In this document: piece by piece, positions 36,332 to 49,384 of the stretch
Layout of the letters: every line of letters starts with the position of its first letter
Numbering within the stretch: the first letter of the stretch is position 1
Source of the DNA: Eledone cirrhosa
Lineage: Eukaryota
Assembly: GCA_964016885.1 (NCBI GenBank)
Contig: OZ024753.1
Coordinates: 9,920,001 to 9,984,000, forward strand
Reading direction: 5' to 3'
DNA: 64,000 nucleotides
The notes under the pieces: generated by a model
Told to the model about the DNA's origin: nothing
Databases searched by the model: none
Seen by the model: the letters and a program-made list of their open reading frames with translations, nothing else
Position numbers and translations under genes: made by a program

Positions 36332-39300
36332 TTGGTGGTGATAGTAGTGGTGGTGGTAGTGGTGGTGATAGTAGTGGTGGTTGTGGTAGTGGTGGTGATA
36401 GTAGTGGTGGTTGTGGTAGTGGTGGTGATAGTAGTGGTGATGGTGGTTGTGGTAGTGGTGGTAGTGGTGATAGTAGTGGTGATGGTGGTTGTGGTAGTGG
36501 TGGTGATAGTAGTGGTGGTTGTGGTAGTGGTGGTGATAGTAGTTGTGGTAGTGGTGGTGATAGTAGTGGTGGTAGTGGTGGTGATAGTAGTGGTGATGGT
36601 GGTTGGTAGTGGTGGTAGTGGTGATAGTAGTGGTGATGGTGGTTGTGGTAGTGGTGGTGATAGTAGTGGTGGTTGTGGTAGTGGTGGTGATAGTAGTGGT
36701 GGTAGTGGTGATAGTAGTGGTGATGGTGGTTGTGGTAGTGGTGGTGATAGTAGAGGTGGTTGTGGTAGTGGTGGTGATAGTAGTGGTGGTAGTGGTGATA
36801 GTAGTGGTGATGGTGGTTGTGGTAGTGGTGGTGGTGATAGTGTTGATGGTGATAGTAGTGGTGGTGATGGTGATATTGATGGTAGTAGTGGTGGTGGTGG
36901 TGATAGTAGTGGTGGTGGTAGTGGTGATAGTAGTGGTGGTGATGGTTGTGGTAGTGGTGGTGATGGTGATAGTAGTGGTAGTGGTGGTGGTGATAGTAGT
37001 GGTGATGATGGTGATATTGATGATGGTTGTAGTGGTGGTGGTAGTGGTGATAGTGTTGATGGTAGTGGTGACAGTGGAAGTAATGGTGGTGGTGGTGTCA
37101 GTGGAAGTAGTGGTGGTGGTGGTGACAGTGGAAGTAATGATGGTGGTGGTGACAGTGGAAGTAATGATGGTGGTGGTGACAGTGGAAGTAGTGATGGTGG
37201 TGGTGACAGTGGAAGTAGTGATGGTGGTGGTGACAGTGGAAGTAATGGTGGTGGTGGTGACAGTGGAAGTAGTGATGGTGGTGGTGACAGTGGAAGTAGT
37301 GGTGGTAGTGGTGACAGTGGAAGTAAAGATGGTGGTGGTGACAGTGGAAGTAGTAATGGTGGTGGTGACAGTGGTAGTAGTGGTGGTGGTGGTGGTAGTG
37401 GAATTAAAGATGGTGGTGGTGACAGTGGAAGTAGTGATGGTGGTGGTGACAGTGGAAGTAAAGATGGTGGTGGTGACAGTGGAAGTAGTGATGGTGGTGG
37501 TGACAGTGGAAGTGATGATGGTGGTGGTGACAGTGGAAGTAGTGGTGGTAGTGGTGACAGTGGAAGTGATGATGGTGGTGGTGACAGTGGAAGTGATGAT
37601 GGTGGTGGTGACAGTGGAAGTAGTGGTGGTGGTGGTGACAGTGGAAGTAGTGGTGGTAGTGGTGACAGTGGAAGTAGTGATGGTGGTGGTGGTGACAGTG
37701 GAAGTAAAGATGGTGGTGGTAGTGGAAGTAGTGATGGTGGTTTTGACAGTGGAAGTAGTGGTGGTAGTGGTGGTGACAGTGGTAGTAGTGGTGGTGGTGG
37801 TGACAGTGGAAGTAGTGGTGGTGGTGGTGGTGACAGTGGTAGTAGTGGTGGTGGTGGTGACAGTGGAAGTAGTGGTGGTGGTGGTGGTGACAGCGGAAGT
37901 AGTGGTGGTGGTGGTAGTGGAAGTAAAGATGGTGGTGGTGACAGTGGAAGTGATGATGGTGGTGGTGACAGTGGTAGTAGTGGTGGTGGTGGTGACAGTG
38001 GAAGTAGTGGTGGTGGTGGTGGTGACAGTGGTAGTAGTGGTGGTGGTGGTGACAGTGGAAGTAGTGGTGGTGGTGGTGGTGACAGTGGTAGTAGTGGTGG
38101 TGGTGGTGACAGTGGAAGTAGTGGTGGTGGTGGTGGTGACAGCGGAAGTAGTGGTGGTGGTGGTGGTAGTGGAAGTAAAGATGGTGGTGGTGACAGTGGA
38201 AGTAGTGATGGTGGTGGTGGTGACAGTGGAAGTAAAGATGGTGGTGGTGACAGTGGAAGTAGTGATGGTGGTGGTGACAGTGGAAGTAGTGGTGGTGGTG
38301 GTGGTGACAGTGGTAGTAGTGGTGGTGGTGGTGACAGTGGAAGTAGTGGTGGTGGTGGTGGTGACAGCGGAAGTAGTGGTGGTGGTGGTGGTAGTGGAAG
38401 TAAAGATGGTGGTGGTGACAGTGGAAGTAATGATGGTGGTGGTGACAGTGGAAGTAGTGGTGGTGGTGGTGGTGACAGTGGTAGTAGTGGTGGTGGTGGT
38501 GACAGTGGAAGTAGTGGTGGTGGTGGTGGTGACAGCGGAAGTAGTGGTGGTGGTGGTGACAGTGGAAGTAAAGATGGTGGTGGTGACAGTGGAAGTAGTG
38601 ATGGTGGTGGTGACAGTGGAAGTAGTGGTGGTGGTGGTGACAGTGGAAGTAATGATGGTGGTGGTGACAGTGGAAGTAGTGATGGTGGTGGTGACAGTGG
38701 AAGTAAAGATGGTGGTGGTGACAGTGGAAGTAGTGATGGTGGTGGTGACAGTGGAAGTAGTGATGGTGGTGGTGACAGTGGAAGTAGTGATGGTGGTGGT
38801 GACAGTGGAAGTAGTGGTGACAGTGGAAGTAAAGATGGTGGTGGTGACAGTGGAAGTAGTGATGGTGGTGGTGACAGTGGAAGTAGTGGTGACAGTGGAA
38901 GTAAAGATGGTGGTGGTGACAGTGGAAGTAGTGGTGGTAGTGGTGACAGTGGAAGTAAAGATGGTGGTGGTGACAGTGGATGTAGTGATGGTGGTGGTGA
39001 CAGTGGAAGTAATGGTGGTGGTGGTGACAGTGGTAGTAGTGGTGGCGGTGGTGACAGTGGAAGTAAAGATGGTGGTGGTGACAGTGGAAGTAGTGATGGT
39101 GGTGGTGACAGTGGAAGTAAAGATGGTGGTGGTGACAGTGGAAGTAGTGATGGTGGTGGTGACAGTGGAAGTAAAGATGGTGGTGGTGACAGTGGAAGTA
39201 GTGATGGTGGTGGTGACAGTGGAAGTAGTGGTGGTGGTGGTGACAGTGGAAGTGATGATGGTGGTGGTGACAGTGGAAGTAGTGATGGTGGTGGTGACAG

Positions 39301-42300
39301 TGGTAGTAGTGGTGGTGGTGGTGACAGTGGAAGTAGTGGTGGTGGTGGTGGTGACAGCGGAAGTAGTGGTGGTGGTGGTGGTAGTGGAAGTAAAGATGGT
39401 GGTGGTGACAGTGGAAGTAGTGATGGTGGTGGTGACAGTGGAAGTAAAGATGGTGGTGGTGACAGTGGAAGTAGTGATGGTGGTGGTGACAGTGGAAGTG
39501 ATGATGGTGGTGGTGACAGTGGAAGTAGTGATGGTGGTGGTGACAGTGGTAGTAGTGGTGGTGGTGGTGACAGTGGAAGTAGTGGTGGTGGTGGTGGTGA
39601 CAGCGGAAGTAGTGGTGGTGGTGGTGGTAGTGGAAGTAAAGATGGTGGTGGTGACAGTGGAAGTAGTGATGGTGGTGGTGACAGTGGAAGTAGTGGTGGT
39701 GGTGGTGACAGTGGAAGTAATGATGGTGGTGGTGACAGTGGAAGTAGTGATGGTGGTGGTGACAGTGGAAGTAATGATGGTGGTGGTGACAGTGGAAGTA
39801 GTGATGGTGGTGGTGACAGTGGAAGTAGTGATGGTGGTGGTGACAGTGGAAGTAGTGATGGTGGTGGTGACAGTGGAAGTAGTGATGGTGGTGGTGACAG
39901 TGGAAGTAGTGATGGTGGTGGTGGTGACAGTGGTAGTAGTGGTGGTGGTGGTGACAGTGGAAGTAATGATGGTAGTGGTGACAGTGGTAGTAGTGGTGGT
40001 AGTGGAAGTAAAGATGGTGGTGGTGACAGTGGAAGTAATGATGGTGGTGGTGACAGTGGAAGTAGTGATGGTGGTGGTGACAGTGGAAGTAGTGATGGTG
40101 GTGGTGACAGTGGAAGTAGTGGTGGTAGTGGTGACAGTGGAAGTAGTGATGGTGGTGGTGACAGTGGAAGTAGTGGTGGTAGTGGTGACAGTGGAAGTAA
40201 TGGTGGTGGTGGTGACAGTGGAAGTAAAGATGGTGGTGGTAGTGGAAGTAATGATGGTGGTGGTGACAGTGGAAGTAGTGGTGGTGGTGGTGACAGTGGA
40301 AGTAAAGATGGTAGTGGTGACAGTGGAAGTAATGATGGTGGTGGTGACAGTGGAAGTAGTGGTGGTGGTGGTGGTGACAGCGGAAGTAGTGGTGGTGGTG
40401 GTGACAGTGGAAGTAATGATGGTGGTGGTGACAGTGGAAGTAAAGATGGTGGTGGTGACAGTGGAAGTAGTGGTGGTGGTGGTGGTGACAGCGGAAGTAG
40501 TGGTGGTGGTGGTGACAGTGGAAGTAATGATGGTGGTGGTGACAGTGGAAGTAAAGATGGTAGTGGTGACAGTGGAAGTAAAGATGGTGGTGGTGACAGT
40601 GGAGGTAATGATGGTGGTGGTGACAGTGGAAGTAGTGGTGGTAGTGGTGACAGTGGAAGTAAAGATGGTGGTGGTGACAGTGGATGTAGTGGTGGTGGTG
40701 GTGACAGTGGAAGTAGTGGTGGTAGTGGTGACAGTGGAAGTAAAGATGGTGGTGGTGACAGTGGATGTAGTGGTGGTGGTGGTGACAGTGGAAGTAAAGA
40801 TGGTGGTGGTGACAGTGGAAGTAGTGATGGTGGTGGTGACAGTGGAAGTAGTGATGGTGGTGGTGACAGTGGAAGTAGTGATGGTGACAGTGGAAGTAGT
40901 GGTGGTGGTGGTGACAGTGGAAGTAATGATGGTGGTGGTGACAGTGGAAGTAGTGATGGTGGTGGTGACAGTGGAAGTAATGATGGTGGTGGTGACAGTG
41001 GAAGTAGTGATGGTGGTGGTGGTGACAGTGGAAGTAATGATGGTGGTGGTGACAGTGGAAGTAGTGATGGTGGTGGTGGTGACAGTGGAAGTAAAGATGG
41101 TGGTGGTGACAGTGGAAGTAGTGATGGTGGTGGTGACAGTGGAAGTAATGGTGGTGGTGGTGACAGTGGAAGTAGTGATGGTGGTGGTGACAGTGGAAGT
41201 AATGATGGTGGTGGTGACAGTGGAAGTAATGGTGGTGGTGGTGACAGTGGAAGTAATGGTGGTGGTGGTGACAGTGGAAGTAATGATGGTGGTGGTGACA
41301 GTGGAAGTAAAGATGGTGGTGGTGACAGTGGAAGTAAAGATGGTGGTGGTGACAGTGGAGGTAATGATGGTGGTGGTGACAGTGGAAGTAGTGGTGGTAG
41401 TGGTGACAGTGGAAGTAAAGATGGTGGTGGTGACAGTGGATGTAGTGGTGGTGGTGGTGACAGTGGAAGTAGTGGTGGTAGTGGTGACAGTGGAAGTAAA
41501 GATGGTGGTGGTGACAGTGGATGTAGTGGTGGTGGTGGTGACAGTGGAAGTAAAGATGGTGGTGGTGACAGTGGAAGTAGTGATGGTGGTGGTGACAGTG
41601 GAAGTAGTGATGGTGGTGGTGACAGTGGAAGTAGTGATGGTGACAGTGGAAGTAGTGGTGGTGGTGGTGACAGTGGAAGTAATGATGGTGGTGGTGACAG
41701 TGGAAGTAGTGATGGTGGTGGTGACAGTGGAAGTAATGATGGTGGTGGTGACAGTGGAAGTAGTGATGGTGGTGGTGACAGTGGAAGTAATGGTGGTGGT
41801 GGTGACAGTGGAAGTAGTGATGGTGGTGGTGACAGTGGAAGTAATGATGGTGGTGGTGACAGTGGAAGTAATGGTGGTGGTGGTGACAGTGGAAGTAATG
41901 GTGGTGGTGGTGACAGTGGAAGTAGTGGTGGTAGTGGTGACAGTGGAAGTAATGATGGTGGTGGTGACAGTGGAAGTAGTGATGGTGGTGGTGACAGTGG
42001 AAGTAGTGATGGTGGTGGTGACAGTGGAAGTAGTGATGGTGGTGGTGACAGTGGAAGTAGTGATGGTGGTGGTGACAGTGGAAGTAGTGATGGTGGTGGT
42101 GACAGTGGTGGTAGTGGTGACAGTGGAAGTAATGATGGTGGTGGTGACAGTGGAAGTAATGATGGTGGTGGTGACAGTGGAAGTAGTGATGGTGGTGGTG
42201 ACAGTGGAAGTAATGATGGTGGTGGTGACAGTGGAAGTAGTGGTGGTAGTGGTGACAGTGGAAGTAAAGATGGTGGTGGTGACAGTGGAAGTAGTGGTGG

Positions 42301-44680
42301 TAGTGGTGACAGTGGAAGTAGTGGTGGTGGTGGTGACAGTGGAAGTAATGATGGTGGTGGTGACAGTGGAAGTAATGATGGTGGTGGTGACAGTGGAAGT
42401 AGTGATGGTGGTGGTGACAGTGGAAGTAGTGATGGTGGTGGTGACAGTGGAAGTAGTGGTGGTAGTGGTGACAGTGGAAGTAGTGGTGGTGGTGGTGACA
42501 GTGGAAGTAGTGATGGTGGTGGTGGTAGTGGAAGTAATGATGGTGGTGGTGACAGTGGAAGTAGTGGTGGTGGTGGTGACAGTGGAAGTAGTGATGGTGG
42601 TGGTGACAGTGGAAGTAGTGATGGTAGTGGTGACAGTGGAAGTAGTGATGGTAGTGGTGACAGTGGTAGTAGTGATGGTGGTGGTGACAGTGGAAGTAGT
42701 GGTGGTGGTGGTGACAGTGGAAGTAATGATGGTGGTGGTGACAGTGGAAGTAAAGATGGTGGTGGTGACAGTGGAAGTAGTGATGGTGGTGGTGACAGTG
42801 GAAGTAGTGATGGTGGTGGTGACAGTGGAAGTAGTGGTGGTGGTGGTGACAGTGGAAGTAATGATGGTGGTGGTGACAGTGGAAGTAGTGGTGGTAGTGG
42901 TGACAGTGGAAGTAGTGGTGGTGGTGGTGACAGTGGAAGTAAAGATGGTGGTGGTAGTGGAAGTAATGATGGTGGTGGTGACAGTGGAAGTAATGATGGT
43001 GGTGGTGACAGTGGAAGTAGTGGTGGTGGTGGTGACAGTGGAAGTAGTGGTGGTGGTGGTGGTGACAGTGGAAGTAGTGGTGGTGGTGGTGACAGTGGAA
43101 GTAGTGGTGGTGGTGGTGACAGTGGAAGTAGTGGTGGTGGTGGTGACAGTGGAAGTAGTGATGGTGGTGGTGACAGTGGAAGTAGTGGTGGTGGTGGTGA
43201 CAGTGGAAGTAGTGGTGGTGGTGGTGACAGTGGATGTAGTGATGGTAGTGGTGACAGTGGAAGTAGTGGTGGTGGTGGTGACAGTGGAAGTAGTGGTGGT
43301 GGTGGTGACAGTGGAAGTAGTGATGGTGGTGGTGACAGTGGAAGTAGTGGTGGTGGTGGTGACAGTGGAAGTAAAGATGGTGGTGGTGACAGTGGAAGTA
43401 AAGATGGTGGTGGTGACAGTGGAAGTAAAGATGGTGGTGGTGACAGTGGAAGTAGTGGTGGTGGTGGTGACAGTGGAAGTAGTGGTGGTAGTGGTGACAG
43501 TGGAAGTAGTGATGGTAGTGGTGACAGTGGAAGTAGTGGTGGTGGTGGTGGTGACAGCGGAAGTAGTGGTGGTGGTGGTGACAGTGGAAGTAATGATGGT
43601 GGTGGTAGTGGAAGTAATGATGGTGGTGGTGACAGTGGAAGTAATGATGGTGGTGGTGACAGTGGAAGTAGTGATGGTAGTGGTGACAGTGGAAGTAGTG
43701 GTGGTGGTGGTGACAGTGGAAGTAAAGATGGTGGTGGTAGTGGAAGTAATGATGGTGGTGGTGACAGTGGAAGTAGTGGTGGTAGTGGTGACAGTGGAAG
43801 TAATGGTGGTGGTGGTGACAGTGGAAGTAGTGGTGGTAGTGGTGACAGTGGAAGTAGTGGTGGTGGTGGTGACAGTGGAAGTAAAGATGGTGGTGGTAGT
43901 GGAAGTAATGATGGTGGTGGTGACAGTGGAAGTAGTGGTGGTAGTGGTGACAGTGGAAGTAATGGTGGTGGTGGTGACAGTGGAAGTAGTGATGGTAGTG
44001 GTGACAGTGGAAGTAGTGGTGGTGGTGGTGACAGTGGAAGTAAAGATGGTGGTGGTAGTGGAAGTAATGATGGTGGTGGTGACAGTGGAAGTAATGATGG
44101 TGGTGGTGACAGTGGAAGTAGTGGTGGTAGTGGTGACAGTGGAAGTAATGGTGGTGGTGGTGACAGTGGAAGTAATGATGGTGGTGGTGGTGACAGTGGA
44201 AGTAAAGATGGTGGTGGTAGTGGAAGTAATGATGGTGGTGGTGGTGACAGTGGAAGTAATGATGGTGGTGGTGACAGTGGAAGTAATGATGGTGGTGGTG
44301 ACAGTGGAAGTAGTGGTGGTAGTGGTGACAGTGGAAGTAATGATGGTGGTGGTGACAGTGGAAGTAATGATGGTGGTGGTGACAGTGGAAGTAATGATGG
44401 TGGTGGTGACAGTGGAAGTAGTGGTGGTAGTGGTGACAGTGGAAGTAGTGGTGGTGGTGGTAGTGGAAGTAAAGATGGTGGTGGTGACAGTGGAAGTAAT
44501 GGTGGTGGTGGTAGTGGAAGTAGTGGTGGTAGTGGTGGTAGTGGAAGTAATGATGGTGGTAGTGGTAGTAATGATGGTAGTGGTGACAGTGGAAGTAGTG
44601 ATGGTGGTGGTGGTAGTGGTAGTAATGATGGTGGTGGTGACAGTGGTAGTGATGATGGTGGTGGTGACAGTGGAAGTGAT
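36332..44680. repeat. 8.3-kb (GGT)-based satellite. From about 37070 the unit is about 27 bp, GGTGGTGGTGACAGTGGAAGTARWGAT
   Basis: Direct inspection. The trinucleotide substructure keeps several frames on both strands open. Confidence 0.95.
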
Positions 44681-45029
44681 GTACAGTAGAGATTCTAAAC
44701 AAATGTCAATCAGAATAAACAATAACTTCCCATAATTTTGTTTTCTTTTCAAAGTCAATCTGGTGTGAGAGGGTGTCTTCACTTATTGCTGTTATGTGTA
44801 TGTGTGTGACCTATTGCTATCATGTGTGTGTGTGACCTATTGCTATCATGTGTGTGTATGTGTCCCCCTATTTGCTGTCACTGTATGTGTGTGTGTGTTA
44901 GATCATCTCTCCATATCCCAGGCCTTCTTTATATAAATGTCATGCAGTTGTTACATGCAACTGAGTATTACTTGGAAGTATATACCCCATGCTGGAGCAT
45001 GGGGTATATACTTCGCACTTCCCACCTCC

Positions 45030-45410
45030 AGAATTGGAGAGCTGAAAGGGAGACAAGGCTAGCTGCACCATTGCTTGGCTGCTGTCCCTACCTCCCTCCA
45101 GAATTGGAGAGCCGACATTACTGGGTTGCTATCCCTTCTCCCCTCCAAGATTGAAGAGCTGAAAAGGAGAGAAGGCAAGCTGCAACATTACTGGGCTGCT
45201 AACCCTTCCTCCCTCCAGGATGTGAGAGCTGAAAGGGAGAGAAGGCTAGCTGCACCATTGCTGGGTTGTTATTCCTTCCTCCTTCAAAGATGGAAGAGCT
45301 GAAAGGGAGAGAAGGCTAGCTGCACCATTGCTGGGTTGCTATTCCTTCCTCCTTCAAAGATGGAAGAGCTGAAAGGGAGAGAAGGCTAGCTGCACCATTG
45401 ATGGGTTGCT
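45030..45410. repeat. Minisatellite of about 70 bp (about 5-6 diverged copies)
   Basis: GAGCTGAAAGGGAGAGAAGGCTAGCTGCACCATTG at 45226, 45296 and 45366, plus diverged copies upstream. Confidence 0.8.
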
Positions 45411-46389
45411 ACTGTCTTATCAACCCTGAAAAGTAAAGTGGACCTCAGCAAGATTTAAACTCAGAACACATAGTCAGAACCAATATTCAACGCTCTAAAG
45501 ACCCTATCAACTCAATCACCTTTCAGGGAAGGTACATCTTTGGTCATTGCTGAGTATATGAACTTTGCCTCTTCTCATGGTATCGATGTTATAGCAAGTG
45601 GATATGATTGTTTCTTTTAGTTCATTGAGTCAGTTCATGTTGACCAGCTTCAGATAACCCCCTGACCCCCACCAAAAACGAAATAAATAAATGAAATAAA
45701 CTCTTTACTGTCTTATGTGTCCTTACTATTTCATTCTTCCTTACAAAATAAATACGTCATAAGAAGGGACTAAAAGGGTTGGTACAAACCATAAAACATT
45801 ACATTACATTAACCCATTAGCATTTACATTACTCTACTATTGTATTTTTGTGGTGACAGCTTTATCTCACATAATATCAAATCTATGAGATTTTGATGAT
45901 GTTATATATTTTGAGAATATCTTAATGTTGGTATAAGTGGCTGGTTATGGCAGGTTTGAACAGAAAGAAGTGAGAGAATTCTGGCTGGATATGGCTGGTT
46001 TAAATGCTAAAGGGTTAAAATAAATACATGTCATAAGAAGCAACTAAAAGGGTTGGTACCAACTATAAAACATTACCTTTAAAAGGACACCTATAATGAG
46101 CCCCATGTGGCTAAGCATCACTTTAACCCTTAAATGTTCAAACCAGCCAAAACCGGCCAGAATTCTCTACCTCTCTGTTGAAACTGGCTGTAACCGGTTA
46201 CTCAAACTGATGTTAAGGTATTGTTCTCGAAATAAATACTTTCAAAATCTCATAGATTTGATATTATTGTGAGATAATTATGCGAGGTAAAGCCTTTACC
46301 ATGAAAATATAATAGTATATATATAGAGTAGTGTGAATGCTAAAGGGTTAATGCTTGTTTGTTACAAAATAAATGTTTTTTTCATTCAT

Positions 46390-46950
46390 AAAAAAATTCT
46401 GAAACACGATTTCTTTGAAGAGGTTGTACAGTCATTTCTGTTATATGGATGTACAACACGGACTCTAACAAAGTGTCTTGGAAAGAAAATTGATGGAACT
46501 TATACAAGAATACTTCAAGCTGCTCTGGACATATCCTAGATACCACATCCTATGAAAGAACTTCTCCAAGGTAATTAATTTACCATCAATATCACACATG
46601 TCCTTAGAGAAAGAAGAACCAGACGTTCTAGACATTTCTGGAGACAACACTCTATGAAAGAACTTTTACATTGTAATTTACCATCAATAATCACACATGT
46701 CCTCAGAGAAAGAAGAAAAGATGTGCAGGACATTGCTGGATAGAGCAAAGGATGAGATCATCAGCGACATTCTTCTTTGGGAACTGAAGCATGGGTATAC
46801 AATTGTTGGTAGACCATATCAAATTTACATAGAGCAACTGTACAAGGATTCTGAGTGCACCTGAGATGACCTACCACTAGCAATGACTGACTGAACAGAC
46901 TGGAGAGAACAAGTCATAGCGATCCGGGCAATAAGAATGCTCGGGTGATA
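46390..46950 (+). pseudogene. Decayed RTE-X-like LINE C-terminal fragment
   Basis: VVQSFLLYGCTTRTLTK...IDGTYTRILQAALDIS is homologous to the 6743-7304 fragment. Contains stops and an internal duplication. Confidence 0.7.
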
Positions 46951-48937
46951 ATTCATATTACTCCAAGTCACTTACTAACTAGTGAAATAGTCACTAACTA
47001 TCCAATAGTTACTAAGTTTAACCTTTTAGCATTTACATTACTCTATATTTATTATTATATTTTCACAGTAAAGGCTTTACCTCACATAATATTGAAACTA
47101 TGAGATTTTGATATTATATATTTTGAGAACAATACCTTAATATAAGTATGAGCAGCCAGTTATGGCCGGTTTGAACAGAAAGAGGTGAGAGAATTCTGAC
47201 CGGATACGGCCGGTTTAAATGTTAAAAGGGTTAAACCAATATAACTGGACTAATATAAAACCTCCTGTTGTAAGAACAAGAAAATAATTGTTTCTACTTT
47301 TGGCACAAGGCCAGCAATTATCCAGTGCATTACTGGTACTTTATTTTATCGACTCCGTAAGGATGAAAGGCAAAGTTAACCTCGGCGGGATTTGAACTCA
47401 GATCATACAGGGGGGTAACTCTATGCTTCAAAGCATGGCGTCTGACCCTCTACCGATACTGCCAATCCTAATGATAGGTAATTGATGTAAAAGTATATTA
47501 ATCTTAGGAGGCTGACATGTTTTTATGAATTGCTTCCCATGACACTGTATTATGTATCAAGGGGAGACTACTCTACCTGCGACTTATGTTGCCAACAGCG
47601 CCAAGAGGATTAATTACAAAAATGTATTTCTTTTATTAGCAGATGACAGCAAGAGAACCAACTGACCTGTGGTAATATATATTGTACATCAATGTTCCTG
47701 TTCCTCAACCCTGATGTTAAAGGGGGCATTATGAAGGAGGGACAAAAGAAGTGAAATAATTGTGATATGTTAATAAAGTTCTCTGGTAAAGGTAAAAGAA
47801 AGAATGTCGACAATAAACGCGATCAACAGGATCTATATCTTACAAAGTTTCTCACAAAATATCTCGTTAAAACCGAAATGACTCTTCAAGGTGTTGTCAA
47901 CAACCCTTTATAATATAATAATGTCTTTGTATTCTTTAGATAACAAACAACAAAAGTTGATTTTGGCAGTTTTTGTTAAAAGAACAAAGATAAGATTCAT
48001 TTAGAAAAAGGTAGAACATTTCAATGGAGATGTTAATACCTTTTCCTTCATTTCCTCTCTCCCTCATATACAAATTGTGTGTGTATGTATGTATAGTTTC
48101 AGAAGATCCCGTTTTAGGGTGAAAACAGAAATTGTTTGCTTAAACTTTTAATCTGCACTAATAATAAATATTTGCTCTATGGGTTTATATATACATATAT
48201 ATATATATCATCATCATTGTTTAACGTCCATCTTCCACGTTAGCATGGGTTAGACAAGATTGTCCTACAGATTTTCTATGGCTGGATGCCCTTCTTAACA
48301 CCAACCACATTTATAGATATATATATATATATATATGTAGGCAGACCCAGAAAAACCTGGGACGATTTGATAGATTCTGACCTTACACACTTACACCTCT
48401 CCAAGACAATGTCACTGGACCGAGATCTTTGGCGTTACACAGTAATACAGAAGACCCGCCTTGCCTAAGTACAAAGCGAAACCTACAGTCAGTAGGCACC
48501 TCCTAACAAAATATACACCCCATCTCACTAACCCTACCCCCATCTACACCACCCCTTTCTCTGTAAAGTTATGTTGGTACCACAGCATCCAGTCCTAAAT
48601 AAATGAAGTCGTGTAGGTGTCACGACAAAAAAAAACACACAGTCCACGCTGTAATGTGGCCGTGTAGGTAACACGGTAAAAACCTCTCAGTCCACACTGT
48701 AAATATGGTTGGTGTTAGGAAGGGCATCCAGCCATAGAAAACCCGCCAGACAGACAGTCCTATACGAGCAAGACAACCAATCTTGCCTCATGTAGGACAA
48801 TTCCCGTCTAAACCCATGCTAGCGTGGAAGATAGACCTTAAACGATGATGTTGATGATGACACAGACACACACACATATACAGCCCTTATCGAGTTTTTG
48901 TATTTATCATTACTACTATATATATATATATATATAT

Positions 48938-49350
48938 GGCCCACTGTCATGCCACCAGAGCGCAGACCAGTGCCCCCCACGACATGCTACTCTCAATGAC
49001 ATATTGAGAAGGAGCCTAGATGCAGCTGACTTCCCACCACAACTGGAGCCAGCAGGCCTCGACTGCAGACATGGCAAGCACCGTGAGGAAATTCAAAAGA
49101 GGTAAATCACTCATCTGGGACGCCATATGTTGCAACACGTTCTCTGCCTTCAATTTAGTCGCCTCGACCACAAACCCTTGTACTGTGGCCCGCAATGCAG
49201 AGGAGAGGAAGACTAGCTAATACCGGGGATTGCCCAGCCACTTCCTCGTCACACCGGTCGCCATCAACGACTCAGGCATCCTTGAACCCCATACTGCTGA
49301 GCTACTTTTGATTTGATGAAAGTTGATCGACTGTCGGCTGTGTCATCCCT
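48938..49350 (+). pseudogene. Fragment of a CRE-like non-LTR retrotransposon restriction-like endonuclease domain
   Basis: LSC....RHATLNDILRRSL..A..P.QLEPAGL and, after a frameshift, GKSLIWDAICCNT...ARNAEERK. This follows the CCHC plus PD-(D/E)xK layout of CRE-clade elements. Confidence 0.7.
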
Positions 49351-49384
49351 CTTTCTACATTTCTGTCTCTCTCTCTCTCTCTCA

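Noticed and set aside
36296-44782. ORFs of 2400-2800 aa (Thr-rich mucin-like, Gly/Ser/Asp-rich, poly-Val, poly-His)
   Set aside because: Four frames on both strands are open simply because the trinucleotide-based unit lacks stops. There is no signal peptide or flanking domain. A mucin-like exon cannot be excluded without RNA data, but nothing supports it.
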